Shown here piece after piece: positions 25,735 to 35,544 of a stretch of DNA of 64,000 nt. The notes beneath the pieces were generated by a model, which worked only from the letters and a program-made list of their open reading frames with translations, did not search any database and had not been told where the DNA came from. Made by a program: the position numbers and the translations under genes. Numbering within the stretch: position 1 is the first letter of the stretch; each line of letters opens with the position of its first letter. Source of the DNA: Bacteriovoracia bacterium (GTDB lineage: Bacteria; Bdellovibrionota; Bacteriovoracia; Bacteriovoracales; Bacteriovoracaceae). The stretch spans positions 18,217 to 82,216 of the forward strand of contig JAUIBX010000001.1 in the NCBI GenBank assembly GCA_030427595.1, given 5' to 3'.

Positions 25735-26076
25735 ATGAGTGAACAGAGAAATATCGTCAACTTAACGGAAAAGGCGATCGAACAAGTAAAGTCTATTTTT
25801 GAAGCCGAAAACAAGGGTGAAGAGTACGGTTTACGCCTGGGTGTAGTGGGTGGCGGCTGTTCTGGCCTTTCGTATAAGATCGATTTCGACACAAAGAACG
25901 AGAAAGATAATGTCTTGGAATTTGATGGTGTTAAGGTTTTTATCGACCTCAAATCCTCAATTTATTTAAAGGGCGTAACCCTCGACTTTAAAGATGGTCT
26001 CAATGGAAAAGGTTTTGTCTTTGTTAACCCAAACGCAACGAATACTTGTGGTTGTGGTGAGTCTTTTTCTGTCTAG
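25735..26076 (+). CDS. erpA: Iron-sulfur cluster insertion protein (A-type carrier, ErpA/IscA/HesB family)
   Basis: 113 aa. It has Cys in GGGCSG and the C-terminal motif NTCGCGESFSV. Confidence 0.9.
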   Translation: MSEQRNIVNLTEKAIEQVKSIFEAENKGEEYGLRLGVVGGGCSGLSYKIDFDTKNEKDNVLEFDGVKVFIDLKSSIYLKGVTLDFKDGLNGKGFVFVNPNATNTCGCGESFSV

Positions 26077-26079
26077 TCG

Positions 26080-27630
26080 ATGAAACTCTTTAAAATACTT
26101 CAAGATAAGATCTATCACTTGGGTCAAGATTATTGTTGTCTTGAAGTATCAGGTCCAGATTCTGAGCGTTTTCTCAATGGCCAACTTACGAATAACGTAA
26201 GTGAACTTAAGGAAAATCACTTTCAGCTTCAGGCAAGGCTCGATCGAGGTGGAAAACTCAAATCTTTTTTCTATTTAGGAAAATCAAAAGACCTATTCTT
26301 TATTTTTATTCAAAAAGATCTAAAAGTCGCCCTTGTTGATGACCTAGAACGTTTCATCATTATGGATGACGTTGAGATTAAAGATCATCAAAAAGATCTT
26401 TGGGTCCATTGGAGTTTTTACGCGAATCACTTTGAAGAAAGTGGCTTCAAAGGGGAGTTATGTGGAGCTCCTTGTATTATAACTTTTGAAAAACCAAAAG
26501 ATAATCAGGCACAGGAGCTTTCCGATAAAAAAAGAGAAAGTCTCTTTGTCCTACAGGGGGAGCCTGTTTGGGGAAAAACAGCGGCTCAAGATCAACTTGT
26601 GACAGATACCGTTGTTAATTTAAAAGGTGTATCTCTGGTGAAGGGATGTTTCCTTGGCCAAGAAACAGTCGCGAAGATTGAAACGAGAAGGGGAGGTGCT
26701 TACTTTCCCGTTCTTCTTAAGGAGCTTAGTTTCACTCCTACAGAAGGAATAGAGTTATCCATTGAAAGCAGAAGGGCAGGTAAGATCTTATGGCAGGGTA
26801 CAGTAGACGATAAGCCTATAGCTGTTGCCAGTTTACTCAGGGATTTTAGAGTAAAAGGGCGCAAGCTGTCTTTTTCTTGTGAAGAGCGTTCTTTTTCCGC
26901 TGTTGTTGAATATATACCTTTGTATGAATCACTTCCTTCAGATAAATTAGCGGAGTCCCTTTTCGAAGAGGCCGTTAGAACCTTTCAGGGCTCTGATGAG
27001 AAGACGGCAATTGAAGCCTTTGAAACAATTCTTAAGATTGATCCGCAAAATGAAGATAGCTTTGAAGCGATAGGTGTCTTATTTGGTCGAATTGAGAAAT
27101 ATGAAGAAGGAATTCGCTTCATGGATAAGGTTCTTGAGGCAAACCCCGAGAGCGTTATGGCCCACACAAATAAGAGTCTCTTTTATATGCGACTTGGCGA
27201 AATTGAAAAAGCCGAGGAAGAGAAGGCCCAAGCGACTGTAAAGAGCTTTGGTCAATTTGGGAAAGAGGCCCAAGATAAAAAGCAAAAAGAAGAAGAAAAG
27301 AAGAGAGAAGAAGCTGAAATCCAAAGACGCTTTGAAATGTTTGAGCAAGTCTTAGAGCTTGATCTCCATGATCCACTGGCCAACTACGGTTTGGCCGATA
27401 TTTATTATCAAAGAGGAGAAGCAGAGAAGTCTATTCCTCTTTTAGAAAAGGTATTAGATAGTGATCCAAAATACTCTGTGGGTTACCTTTTATTAGGAAA
27501 ATGTTTTCTGGCCTTGGATGAAAAAGATAAGGCAAAAGCCGTATTTGAGAAAGGGATTGATGTAGCCTCAAAGCTTGGAGATCTTATGCCGGCCAATGAA
27601 ATGCAGTCTAAATTAACTTCTTTGAATTAA
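26080..27630 (+). CDS. YgfZ/GcvT-like folate-binding protein fused to a C-terminal TPR domain
   Basis: YgfZ signature KGCFLGQETVAKIETRRG at about residue 190. The C-terminal 200 aa contain TPR-like repeats interrupted by the charged segment KKQKEEEKKREEAEIQRR. Confidence 0.72.
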   Translation: MKLFKILQDKIYHLGQDYCCLEVSGPDSERFLNGQLTNNVSELKENHFQLQARLDRGGKLKSFFYLGKSKDLFFIFIQKDLKVALVDDLERFIIMDDVEIKDHQKDLWVHWSFYANHFEESGFKGELCGAPCIITFEKPKDNQAQELSDKKRESLFVLQGEPVWGKTAAQDQLVTDTVVNLKGVSLVKGCFLGQETVAKIETRRGGAYFPVLLKELSFTPTEGIELSIESRRAGKILWQGTVDDKPIAVASLLRDFRVKGRKLSFSCEERSFSAVVEYIPLYESLPSDKLAESLFEEAVRTFQGSDEKTAIEAFETILKIDPQNEDSFEAIGVLFGRIEKYEEGIRFMDKVLEANPESVMAHTNKSLFYMRLGEIEKAEEEKAQATVKSFGQFGKEAQDKKQKEEEKKREEAEIQRRFEMFEQVLELDLHDPLANYGLADIYYQRGEAEKSIPLLEKVLDSDPKYSVGYLLLGKCFLALDEKDKAKAVFEKGIDVASKLGDLMPANEMQSKLTSLN

Positions 27631-28984
27631 GGTCAGCTTCAAGCTCTTTGAGCCTTTGCAAATCCTCGGTCTTCAAAAGATTTCTTACCTCATTTTCAAC
27701 ACTGTGGTCGTCCTCAAGCTCTTTAAAGACCAGACCAACGACTTCCATACCAAAATCGGTAACCTTTTCTAATTGATAGGCTTGATCAATTTCGGTTTTA
27801 CACCTTCTTATTAATACGGCTTCCTCTAAAAATCTATAATAGACCTTCTGAAGCTCTTCGTCCGAAAAGTGATCGCTACGTGCTTCCCAAACTGAAAGTT
27901 CCTTGAAGAGACGGTATGCCCAATAAAAGGTAACCAGTCCATGGTAGAGACCACGAATTGGACGTAGGGCCTTTCTCCAGGGACTATAAAATATTTTGTC
28001 ATCATCCTCATAAATAATCTCGTCTTCACCTTCTAGAAGAGCGTTGAGGAAATGATGACCATTTTCATGGAGAAGGTCATCTACCATGTCGACAAAGTCA
28101 CGGTCCCTCACATTAATAGAAGAATACCCTGGTAATATGGCCATTGAGTAGCTAACCAGTTCCTCTTGGTATAAGGGCACGATAGTATGGGTATAGTTAT
28201 GAAAAATAGTGCTTAAGTCACTACTAAGGCAATTTATAACATTGAGGGCCTTTTCAACCTTAGAGAAGTAGGAAGAGTCAGCCTTTTGTTCTTTGTCAAA
28301 GCCTGCCATTAAGGTGAGTTCGCCAATTTTGTGTTTGAGGTTTGAGGCTTGCTCCGCCGTAACCGTGACGACGTCATCCCCATTCACGATTTGAATTTGC
28401 TTTCTATCATGAAAAACACCAGCAACAGGTATAATTGCTTCGCCTTTGTAATCCTCTAAAACATAAATATCTTTTTCTTCCCCCAAAACTAATACACCAT
28501 TTGTTTCACCAATCTCTGGAGTAAGAGGGTATGAAACTGGGCCGTTTGGCTGCCAATTTTCTTTAGAAATATGAAGATGAAAAAAACAGATGATTTGGAT
28601 TTCTTGAAAGTCGATAACCTTTTCTAGAATATCTTCTGGTTCTTCGTTCTTTTCGACGAGGTCTACAATAAAACCCAATAGGTCTGAATCAGAATAAAAA
28701 CCAATGAGCTCATTATTCTCAGATACGCCTTCTTCAACCAGGGAGAGAGTATCAACAATCTTATCGATGAGATTAAGCCAGTAAAACTTTAGCGGAGAGT
28801 ATGTTTCGAGTTCCTGTCGTCCAAGTATATCTTTAAGCTCTTCTTGAAACTCATTACTCAAATAGGGACTTACTTCATCTTCAGAAACATCATCACGCAG
28901 CTCAGATAAGAATTGGTCGTAACTTTCCTTGAGATTTGTGTTGTTGCTATCAAAAATTGGATTTTTAGACAGAAGAGGGGACAT
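27608..28984 (-). CDS. Hypothetical HExxH-motif protein (putative metalloenzyme)
   Basis: 458 aa. LLHENGHHFLN (HExxH) is followed by YSPWRKALRPIRGLYHG. This resembles HEXXH-motif peptide-modification-type proteins, recalled from memory and unverified. Confidence 0.6.
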   Translation of the reverse strand: MSPLLSKNPIFDSNNTNLKESYDQFLSELRDDVSEDEVSPYLSNEFQEELKDILGRQELETYSPLKFYWLNLIDKIVDTLSLVEEGVSENNELIGFYSDSDLLGFIVDLVEKNEEPEDILEKVIDFQEIQIICFFHLHISKENWQPNGPVSYPLTPEIGETNGVLVLGEEKDIYVLEDYKGEAIIPVAGVFHDRKQIQIVNGDDVVTVTAEQASNLKHKIGELTLMAGFDKEQKADSSYFSKVEKALNVINCLSSDLSTIFHNYTHTIVPLYQEELVSYSMAILPGYSSINVRDRDFVDMVDDLLHENGHHFLNALLEGEDEIIYEDDDKIFYSPWRKALRPIRGLYHGLVTFYWAYRLFKELSVWEARSDHFSDEELQKVYYRFLEEAVLIRRCKTEIDQAYQLEKVTDFGMEVVGLVFKELEDDHSVENEVRNLLKTEDLQRLKELEADLNSKKLI

Positions 28985-29002
28985 AGGGTCTCATAAATAA
29001 AG

Positions 29003-29077
29003 TGGCTGGGGCGGCGGGATTCGAACCCGCGACCAACGGATTAACAGTCCGCTGCGCTACCGCTGCGCCACGCCCCA
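29003..29077 (-). tRNA. tRNA-Asn (GTT)
   Basis: The reverse complement folds as a cloverleaf. The acceptor pairs TGGGGCG with CGCCCCA, the anticodon loop is CTGTTAA (GTT), the T-arm is GCGGG-TTCGAAT-CCCGC, and CCA is encoded. Confidence 0.93.
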
Positions 29078-29239
29078 ATCCATTTTATGAGCTTACATTT
29101 ATAGAGGACCTACTTCTGCTTGTCTAGATGAAAAATTAAGCCCTTATAAAAAGATCCACTCTAAGTATTTGATTTTATATGTGAAAAAGTGTTTTGCTCA
29201 AGTATTGAGCCTAATCTGTCGATAGGTTTAAGAGGTCTT

Positions 29240-29806
29240 ATGGAATTTCGCGGTCAACTAGTCAAAAATCTTCTTAGAATATTAACTCCCGAGGAGATCG
29301 CGGAGCTCACGACCTCATCTTCAGAAAGGAAGAAGGTTGATTTATCCCTTCTCATTCAGTCTGACCTAGGAGGTGAGAATTACCAAGAGGTCATGGAGCG
29401 ACTCCAGTCTTCAAGTGAATCACAAGAAGAGGAGGAGGGAGAGGCCAAAATTCTACCCTTTGAAGGAGAAGAGGCTTCAGAGGAGGTAAAGTTTACTTTT
29501 CAGGCCGGACAAAGAGTTCATGCCTTAATGGAAGAATATGGAAAAGTGTTTGCGGAACTCGATAAAAAGGTTCTAGGTCCTAAGCGATTTCCCAAAAAGA
29601 AAAGCTTTTCGGGTAAGAAGCAAACGAGTGAACTTATTTTAGAGCAAAAGAAAAAGCTACATGATTCATACAGCAAGATTAAATCTTTAGAGGTTCTCTC
29701 TCTCTACCAAGAAACAAATGCCACAGAAGTCCACAAGAAGACATCAGAGGAAGACTTCTCTTATTCATCAAAGCTTGGTGTTCTTATCAATAAGAAACAG
29801 GCTTAG
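29240..29806 (+). CDS. Hypothetical charged protein
   Basis: The ORF track starts at a GTG at 29189. The ATG at 29240 (MEFRGQLVKNLL) has AGAGG 5 nt upstream. I recognise no family. Confidence 0.5.
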   Translation: MEFRGQLVKNLLRILTPEEIAELTTSSSERKKVDLSLLIQSDLGGENYQEVMERLQSSSESQEEEEGEAKILPFEGEEASEEVKFTFQAGQRVHALMEEYGKVFAELDKKVLGPKRFPKKKSFSGKKQTSELILEQKKKLHDSYSKIKSLEVLSLYQETNATEVHKKTSEEDFSYSSKLGVLINKKQA

Positions 29807-31320
29807 AGATCCATTCCTTTAATAGACTCTACTCCACTCGCTTGAACTTCTTGCATTTGCAAACTCGACTTTTGAAGCACGCAACTATCAATCATGGCCA
29901 CGGCTGCAGGTCTGTAGTTTCCAGAATTCTTTAGGCCGCCAAAGGGCAGCTTTGGACTAGCACCACAGGTGGAGCGGTTCCAGTTAATAAGTCCTGCATC
30001 AATTTCTTCAAAACACTTTTTAAAGAGGTTTTCGTCAGCGGTAAAAACACCAGCAGCTAGACCATACTCAGTTGCATTAGAAATCTCGATGGCCTCTTCA
30101 ATCTCTTTGTAAGTGATAAAGGTACAATTCGGACCAAAGATTTCACTAGTAAGAAAGTGACTATCGTCTTTCCACTTTTTATTGAAGTGAATTGAAGGGC
30201 TAACGTAATAACCTTGGTGATTTTTAGAAATGGCCTTACCGCGCATGATCTCTTCAAAGCCCTCTCTTTTGGCCATGCCCATGAAGAGAAGGTAGTTGTC
30301 CACTGCCCTCTGGTCTACAAGGGGTCCCATGAAGGGTTCTTTTTCATAATCAATTGGGTGATCAACAATAATTTTTTTGCTGTAGCTATGAAATTTCTCA
30401 ATAAATTCATCGCTGATGGATTCGTGAATAGCAATAATGCTCGTGGAAGTGCATCTTTGACCAGAGGTAAGATAGCAGGCCTTAAGGAGCTCTTCCATGG
30501 CGACATCAAGATTGGCATCATGATGTAAGATGCCAGGGTTTTTACCACCAAGCTCTAGGGCAACAACCTTAGTAAGGTCTTGATGGGTTGACTTTAGAAT
30601 CTCTAAGCCGACTTCTTTACTACCAGTAAAGTAGACACCCTTTATTTCTTTTTTGTTAAGAAGCCTACGTGCAACTTCGCCATCACCTTGAATAAGGTTT
30701 ACGACACCTTTAGGAAAACCAGCTTCATGAAAACAATCAATAAGGAGCTGAGCAGAATAAGCGGTCTTTTCGGAAGGCTTAAAAATAACGGAGTTACCCA
30801 TGATGAGGGCACTAAGAATTTGAGTGTTCGCCAAGTGACAAGGAAAATTAAAGGGGCCAATGATAAGTGCTGGCCCTAGGCTTCTATAGGCTAGCTCACC
30901 ACGAATACCGGGCATAATATTGTCATAGACTTTGTCAGTAACTCTGGGAAGGCTGTCATTAATTGTGACATCAACCTTACCTATAACACTATTGGCTTCA
31001 CCTTGAGCTTCCCATAGAGGCTTCCCCATTTCTAAAGAGATCGCCCGAGCAATGTCATCTTTTTTAAGCTTAACCTGTTCTTGAAATTTTTTAAGAAAGG
31101 AGATCCTCTCTTCAAGACTAACTTTTTTCCAAAAACGATAGCCTTCAACAGAGCTTTCGGTAACACCATCGACATGACCATAGTTGATGGGCATTTCCCA
31201 AAGAGTAACTTTGGTATCAGCAGGGCACTCTCTTTTGATGAAGTGCTCTACACCCTCTGGTCCTTTTACAGAAGAAGGGTTGTATCTGCCATAAAAATAG
31301 TTTCCTTTTAATTCAAACAT
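29803..31320 (-). CDS. astD: Aldehyde dehydrogenase, succinylglutamate-semialdehyde dehydrogenase (AstD)-like
   Basis: ALDH motifs ELGGKNP and SGQRCTS. The C-terminal segment INWNRSTCGASPKLPFGGLKNSGNYRP matches the AstD-type NWN...PFGG..SGN.RP segment as I recall it from E. coli AstD. Adjacent to astA. Confidence 0.82.
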   Translation of the reverse strand: MFELKGNYFYGRYNPSSVKGPEGVEHFIKRECPADTKVTLWEMPINYGHVDGVTESSVEGYRFWKKVSLEERISFLKKFQEQVKLKKDDIARAISLEMGKPLWEAQGEANSVIGKVDVTINDSLPRVTDKVYDNIMPGIRGELAYRSLGPALIIGPFNFPCHLANTQILSALIMGNSVIFKPSEKTAYSAQLLIDCFHEAGFPKGVVNLIQGDGEVARRLLNKKEIKGVYFTGSKEVGLEILKSTHQDLTKVVALELGGKNPGILHHDANLDVAMEELLKACYLTSGQRCTSTSIIAIHESISDEFIEKFHSYSKKIIVDHPIDYEKEPFMGPLVDQRAVDNYLLFMGMAKREGFEEIMRGKAISKNHQGYYVSPSIHFNKKWKDDSHFLTSEIFGPNCTFITYKEIEEAIEISNATEYGLAAGVFTADENLFKKCFEEIDAGLINWNRSTCGASPKLPFGGLKNSGNYRPAAVAMIDSCVLQKSSLQMQEVQASGVESIKGMDL

Positions 31321-31330
31321 AAAAGATTCC

Positions 31331-32344
31331 TTAAATTTTAAAACCGTGAACGCTTTTTTGACCTACTTTCTTAAGGTCTTTTTCACGGTAGAGAAGTTTA
31401 TTACCTTTTTTTGTTGCCTTAAATACAGGAGCATAGAATTTGTAGTCTCTATGGTCAAAGTTGGCTAGCCAAAGCTCTTGTGAGGCACTCTCTTTATTTT
31501 TATCTTTTTCTATTTCATATAAGTCCAGGTCTTGAATAAGAGATATATCCTCTAGCTTGGCTCGAAAGTGAGGACCACCGTCAAAGGGGTCAACTTCTTC
31601 TGTGTAATAAAAACCAATATTCTCGAGCATTCGTTTTACGGGAAGTGTTTGGTTGCCGACCTTTCCGATGGCATCGCGAGCATCAATTGGGAGTAGGGCC
31701 TCGTAAATCGTATCTTGTGGGAAAAGAGATAAAATAAACTCTTTGTTCTTACGAGAGAGAAGGTCTGCATCGTGGTAATCCATGTTAAGAAAACGTCTGC
31801 CAATGGCCTCCCATAGGGGTGACTTTCCCTGTCCATCAAAAGGTGGCATGAGCTCAACATGAATTGTCTCGGTAAAGAGTTCTTTATTCATACCCATAAA
31901 GAGGAAACGGCCAAAGGATAGGGCCTTCCCAAGTTTATATTCATGACCTCTATAGCCGGGATCTAAAACAAGTCCGCCAATTTCAGTATAGCCATTTGAT
32001 GTATGGCCAAACTTTAACGTCCCATGAATAAATCCAGTGTTTAGAGACTTACTGTATTTATGTTCTTGGCCTACCTTCAAGTAAAAGTGAGGTTCTGATT
32101 CGGTGCCATGAAGTCCATGGATCAAAGAAACACCAATTACCTTCTTCGTTTTAAGGTCCTCGCAGACAAACATAAAAACATTATTTTCCTTAGACTTGTG
32201 GGGATCATCAAAACTAAGGGCAGACTTTTTAATAAGATCACCTAGGACTTTTTTGTCACTAGGGATATTTATAAATTGCATGAGTTGGCTCAACTCAAAA
32301 ATTTCTTCTAGGTCTGAATCAATAATGCTTCTTATGACAAACAT
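31331..32344 (-). CDS. astA: Arginine N-succinyltransferase
   Basis: 337 aa. Collinear with E. coli AstA as I recall it: MFVIRSIIDSDLEEI, GGLVLDPGYRG, SPLWEAIGRRFLNMDY and VDPFDGGPHF. Confidence 0.85.
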   Translation of the reverse strand: MFVIRSIIDSDLEEIFELSQLMQFINIPSDKKVLGDLIKKSALSFDDPHKSKENNVFMFVCEDLKTKKVIGVSLIHGLHGTESEPHFYLKVGQEHKYSKSLNTGFIHGTLKFGHTSNGYTEIGGLVLDPGYRGHEYKLGKALSFGRFLFMGMNKELFTETIHVELMPPFDGQGKSPLWEAIGRRFLNMDYHDADLLSRKNKEFILSLFPQDTIYEALLPIDARDAIGKVGNQTLPVKRMLENIGFYYTEEVDPFDGGPHFRAKLEDISLIQDLDLYEIEKDKNKESASQELWLANFDHRDYKFYAPVFKATKKGNKLLYREKDLKKVGQKSVHGFKI

Positions 32345-33087
32345 TAATCCCCCAAGGCCTTACTAAGTAATTGAAGTTGGTCTTCATTGAAGCTGGTCGT
32401 AAAAATGAGAGCATCTTCATGAGATCTTATAGCATTTCCCTTTACCGGAGAACTTAAGAGGGCAATGAGACCATCTATACTCGTGATGAGCTTTGAATCA
32501 TTAAAATGCGCTTTGAGCTGCTCTTCTCTATTTTTAATTAATCCAAACTCACCATAGAATTGTCCAAGATCGTAGAATCTAACAAGAGAACTGGTGAGTT
32601 CAGCTGAAAGATAACTTGATAGACCAAAAGAAGAGTTTTCTGTTTTGGAAAGTCCAATATCTTCTCCAAATACACCGCCGAGACCGATAACTTCACCCTT
32701 TTCCAATAATTCTTGAGACTCTCTTGTCAGTAGATCTTTAACTCTACCATCTCGTGGGTCGCACTTTGCTGGCGGGTGTGTGAGATATAATTCTATACCA
32801 GTGACTTTCTGTATGAGGTTTTCAACCTCTTTTTTTATTTGATTTCTTCTTTCAGGAGAGCAGGTATAGGAGCCAGAAAGAGCGACCTTAAGGGCCGTTT
32901 TGATAATAAGGGGATGACTACCTCCTAAAAGTCCTTTAGAGCCGTCTAAAATGAAAACTCCTTCTTGAGACAAGAATCCCCTGCCGCTAGCAAGGTTCTC
33001 TTCTTCAAATAGGACAGACTTTCCTTGTCTTGCGTGGGACAAGATATCACTGAATACCTGATGAATTGACTCTTCTAAAGATGACAT
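32344..33087 (-). CDS. Hypothetical protein resembling a class-III aminotransferase that lacks the central PLP domain
   Basis: 247 aa. The N-terminal GRGFLSQEGVFILDGSKGLLGGSHPLIIKTAL resembles the ArgD/AstC N-terminal segment, and the C-terminus resembles the small domain. I identified no PLP-lysine region. The stop and start overlap with astA. Confidence 0.55.
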   Translation of the reverse strand: MSSLEESIHQVFSDILSHARQGKSVLFEEENLASGRGFLSQEGVFILDGSKGLLGGSHPLIIKTALKVALSGSYTCSPERRNQIKKEVENLIQKVTGIELYLTHPPAKCDPRDGRVKDLLTRESQELLEKGEVIGLGGVFGEDIGLSKTENSSFGLSSYLSAELTSSLVRFYDLGQFYGEFGLIKNREEQLKAHFNDSKLITSIDGLIALLSSPVKGNAIRSHEDALIFTTSFNEDQLQLLSKALGD

Positions 33088-33142
33088 AAGAACCTAATTT
33101 TGCTTACTTGAACTCTTTAAGAGCGAATATGATAATAATAAC

Positions 33143-33808
33143 ATGCCGGATTCAAAAGCTGATCAAATATTAAAAAGTGCGGAAGAATTTTACGTGAATC
33201 AAGATTATGATTCGGCGTTAAGTGTCATACTTAAGGCAAAGAGTGATCTTGATCCTGGACTCTTTCATTACAACCTTGGCTCAATCTATTTAAAGATGGA
33301 GCAGCTTGGACCTGCAAGATTTCACTTAGAGAAGGCGAAAAACTTTGGGTTTAGCTACCCCATGTTGTGGAAAAACCTGAAATATATAAAAGCACAACCA
33401 CAGGTTCTCGATCCAACTAAGTCTAAGAATTTTCAAGAGTTCTTTGTTGGAAAGGTTATTGATACGCCAATGTTTTTTGTAGGTCTATTTGGTCTTATCT
33501 GTACAATTTTCATACTCTTATCTTTTCGAAAGAAGTGGATAGAAATAAAGGCTGCGGTTGCAGGGGTTATTTTGTTGGCCTTACTACCCCTTGCTGGAAG
33601 TTACATCATTAAAAATGGCTATCAATATGCGATTGCTCTTAAACCAATTCGTGTTTATGAGGGGCCCTCTAAAATCTATCCAGACTACGGAGAAATTGCT
33701 GAGGGAAGCCGGGTGCTCATAAATAATCTTCAAGATGATTGGTACTTTATTATTTCTCCAAGCTCACAGTCTGGTTGGGTCGAAAAAACCGATCTTGGAT
33801 TTTATTAG
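33143..33808 (+). CDS. TPR / TM / bacterial SH3-domain protein (BatE-like architecture)
   Basis: The N-terminus has TPR-like helices, followed by two TM segments. The C-terminal SH3b-like segment is IRVYEGPSKIYPDYGEIAEGSRVLINNLQDDWYFI...GWVEKTDL. Confidence 0.7.
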   Translation: MPDSKADQILKSAEEFYVNQDYDSALSVILKAKSDLDPGLFHYNLGSIYLKMEQLGPARFHLEKAKNFGFSYPMLWKNLKYIKAQPQVLDPTKSKNFQEFFVGKVIDTPMFFVGLFGLICTIFILLSFRKKWIEIKAAVAGVILLALLPLAGSYIIKNGYQYAIALKPIRVYEGPSKIYPDYGEIAEGSRVLINNLQDDWYFIISPSSQSGWVEKTDLGFY

Positions 33809-33816
33809 GACAGTTT

Positions 33817-34446
33817 ATGAGTTACGAAAAAGAAATTAACCAGCGAATTGAAGAAAAGAAAGTACTTCCAGAAAAGTTAGAGATCTCAGTCCTACGCTAT
33901 TTTTGGCAGTCTAATCCTGTTTTGGGCAAGAAGAGAGATTCAATTCCACGCTTCTTGAGAAAACTAGAGGTCTTTAGCAACTTTAGTGAAAATGAGCAGA
34001 GGATACTGGCGAAGTATTTTCATTTACGTCGTTTCGGTGCAGGCGAGACAATTTTTAAGCAGGGAGATTTGGGGGTTGGTTTTTATCTTATCTACAGTGG
34101 CTACGCCGACATCATTATTGATTCGAGTGATTCTTCTACCTCTAACTCTGATGAGTCAAAGCATATCATTACTCTTGAAAAATCTGACTACTTTGGTGAG
34201 CTTGCTTTGCTTCAAGAAATGAGTTTAAGGAATGCCAGTGCCATCAGTCGTCAGGGTTGTGAGCTTCTTGGTATATTCAAACCGGACGTAGAAGAACTTA
34301 TTAATCAATACCCTGTAATTGCAGCAAAGCTCCTTCAATCTGTAAGTCTTATTGTTGCTAATAGATTGTTCTCACTGACAAAGGAAGTAGAAGAACTAAA
34401 GTATAAGATCACTTCATTAGAAAAGGATTCTGATGGCCATAACTAA
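33817..34446 (+). CDS. Cyclic-nucleotide-binding domain protein
   Basis: cNMP-binding motifs FGAGETIFKQGD, YFGELALL and RNASAIS. The ATG at 33817 has AGGA 7 nt upstream. The track start at 33739 would overlap the previous gene. Confidence 0.8.
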   Translation: MSYEKEINQRIEEKKVLPEKLEISVLRYFWQSNPVLGKKRDSIPRFLRKLEVFSNFSENEQRILAKYFHLRRFGAGETIFKQGDLGVGFYLIYSGYADIIIDSSDSSTSNSDESKHIITLEKSDYFGELALLQEMSLRNASAISRQGCELLGIFKPDVEELINQYPVIAAKLLQSVSLIVANRLFSLTKEVEELKYKITSLEKDSDGHN

Positions 34447-35476
34447 GGCAGTACAAAAACGAGAGCGTTTTAAGCTGGGTTTTTTCATCAGTTGTATTCT
34501 TGTTGCTTTCCTTGGCCTAATGGCAATGCCACGTATTAGCGTTCCTCTTCTTATGGGCTACGTTATTTATCTGATTATTTATCCTGCAGTTCCTACACTT
34601 GAAAAACTTGGTATTAATCAAACGGGAGCCATCTGGATTGTTTTTTCCTCGATGATATTCTTCTCAACTTACCCCTTCGTAAAAATTGTTCCAACTGTAA
34701 CTGCAGAAGTTGAAAATGTTCAATACTACCTTCCTAAAATAGAACGGTACGTAACGACAAAGTACAATGAGCTTAGAAGAGAAGTAAAAGAGAGAACGAG
34801 TTTTGAAATTGGTGATAAGTACTTCTTTCAGGCACTAGATTGGGTGAGGACAAAGTCAGGGGGGCTACTTTTAAACATTCCGAAGTTTCTTGCCTCTCTA
34901 TTGGAGTGGGTGTTCTTTATCCCTCTGATAGTCTTCTTTCTCCTTAAAGATGGAAAGAGCTTTAAGAGAGGTATTCTTAAGCTGACCCCGAATAGTATTT
35001 TTGAGAGGTTCTATTTTCTATCTCATCAATTTAATAAGAAGTTAGGTGATTACATTTTTGCTAAATTTGTTGAGGCCTCTATTGTGGGTATTACCATCAC
35101 ATCTGGTTTGCTCATTTTAAATGTTCGCTTCGCTCTACTTTTTGGTCTCATCGCAGCGATTACAAATATTATTCCTTATGTTGGACCAATTGTTGGATTT
35201 GTTCCTGCATTGCTTTTTGCTCTGGCCGAATATGGTTCAGGAACAACCCTGGGCGCCATTATTGTTTTGTATCTCGTCGCCAACGCTATCGATATTGCTA
35301 TCGTCTTTCCCATTTTAGTCTCTAAGGTCGTCGACCTTCATCCCCTGACTGTCGTTGTAAGCGTCATATTGGGGAGTCAGTGGCTTGGGATGATTGGTAT
35401 GGTCATCTCCATTCCTGTTGCTGCTGCGTTAAAGCTTATCGCTCAGGAAGTTTACAAAGAAATTTACCAAGAATAA
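34433..35476 (+). CDS. AI-2E family transporter (PerM/UPF0118)
   Basis: Polytopic membrane protein with the family motif IPYVGPIVGFVPALLFAL. Confidence 0.85.
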   Translation: MAITKAVQKRERFKLGFFISCILVAFLGLMAMPRISVPLLMGYVIYLIIYPAVPTLEKLGINQTGAIWIVFSSMIFFSTYPFVKIVPTVTAEVENVQYYLPKIERYVTTKYNELRREVKERTSFEIGDKYFFQALDWVRTKSGGLLLNIPKFLASLLEWVFFIPLIVFFLLKDGKSFKRGILKLTPNSIFERFYFLSHQFNKKLGDYIFAKFVEASIVGITITSGLLILNVRFALLFGLIAAITNIIPYVGPIVGFVPALLFALAEYGSGTTLGAIIVLYLVANAIDIAIVFPILVSKVVDLHPLTVVVSVILGSQWLGMIGMVISIPVAAALKLIAQEVYKEIYQE

Positions 35477-35544
35477 TGGCTGTCTTCTTTTGACGATGGT
35501 TGTTATGTCTTGATAAGATTAGCCAAAAGCAATAGAGGCTAATC

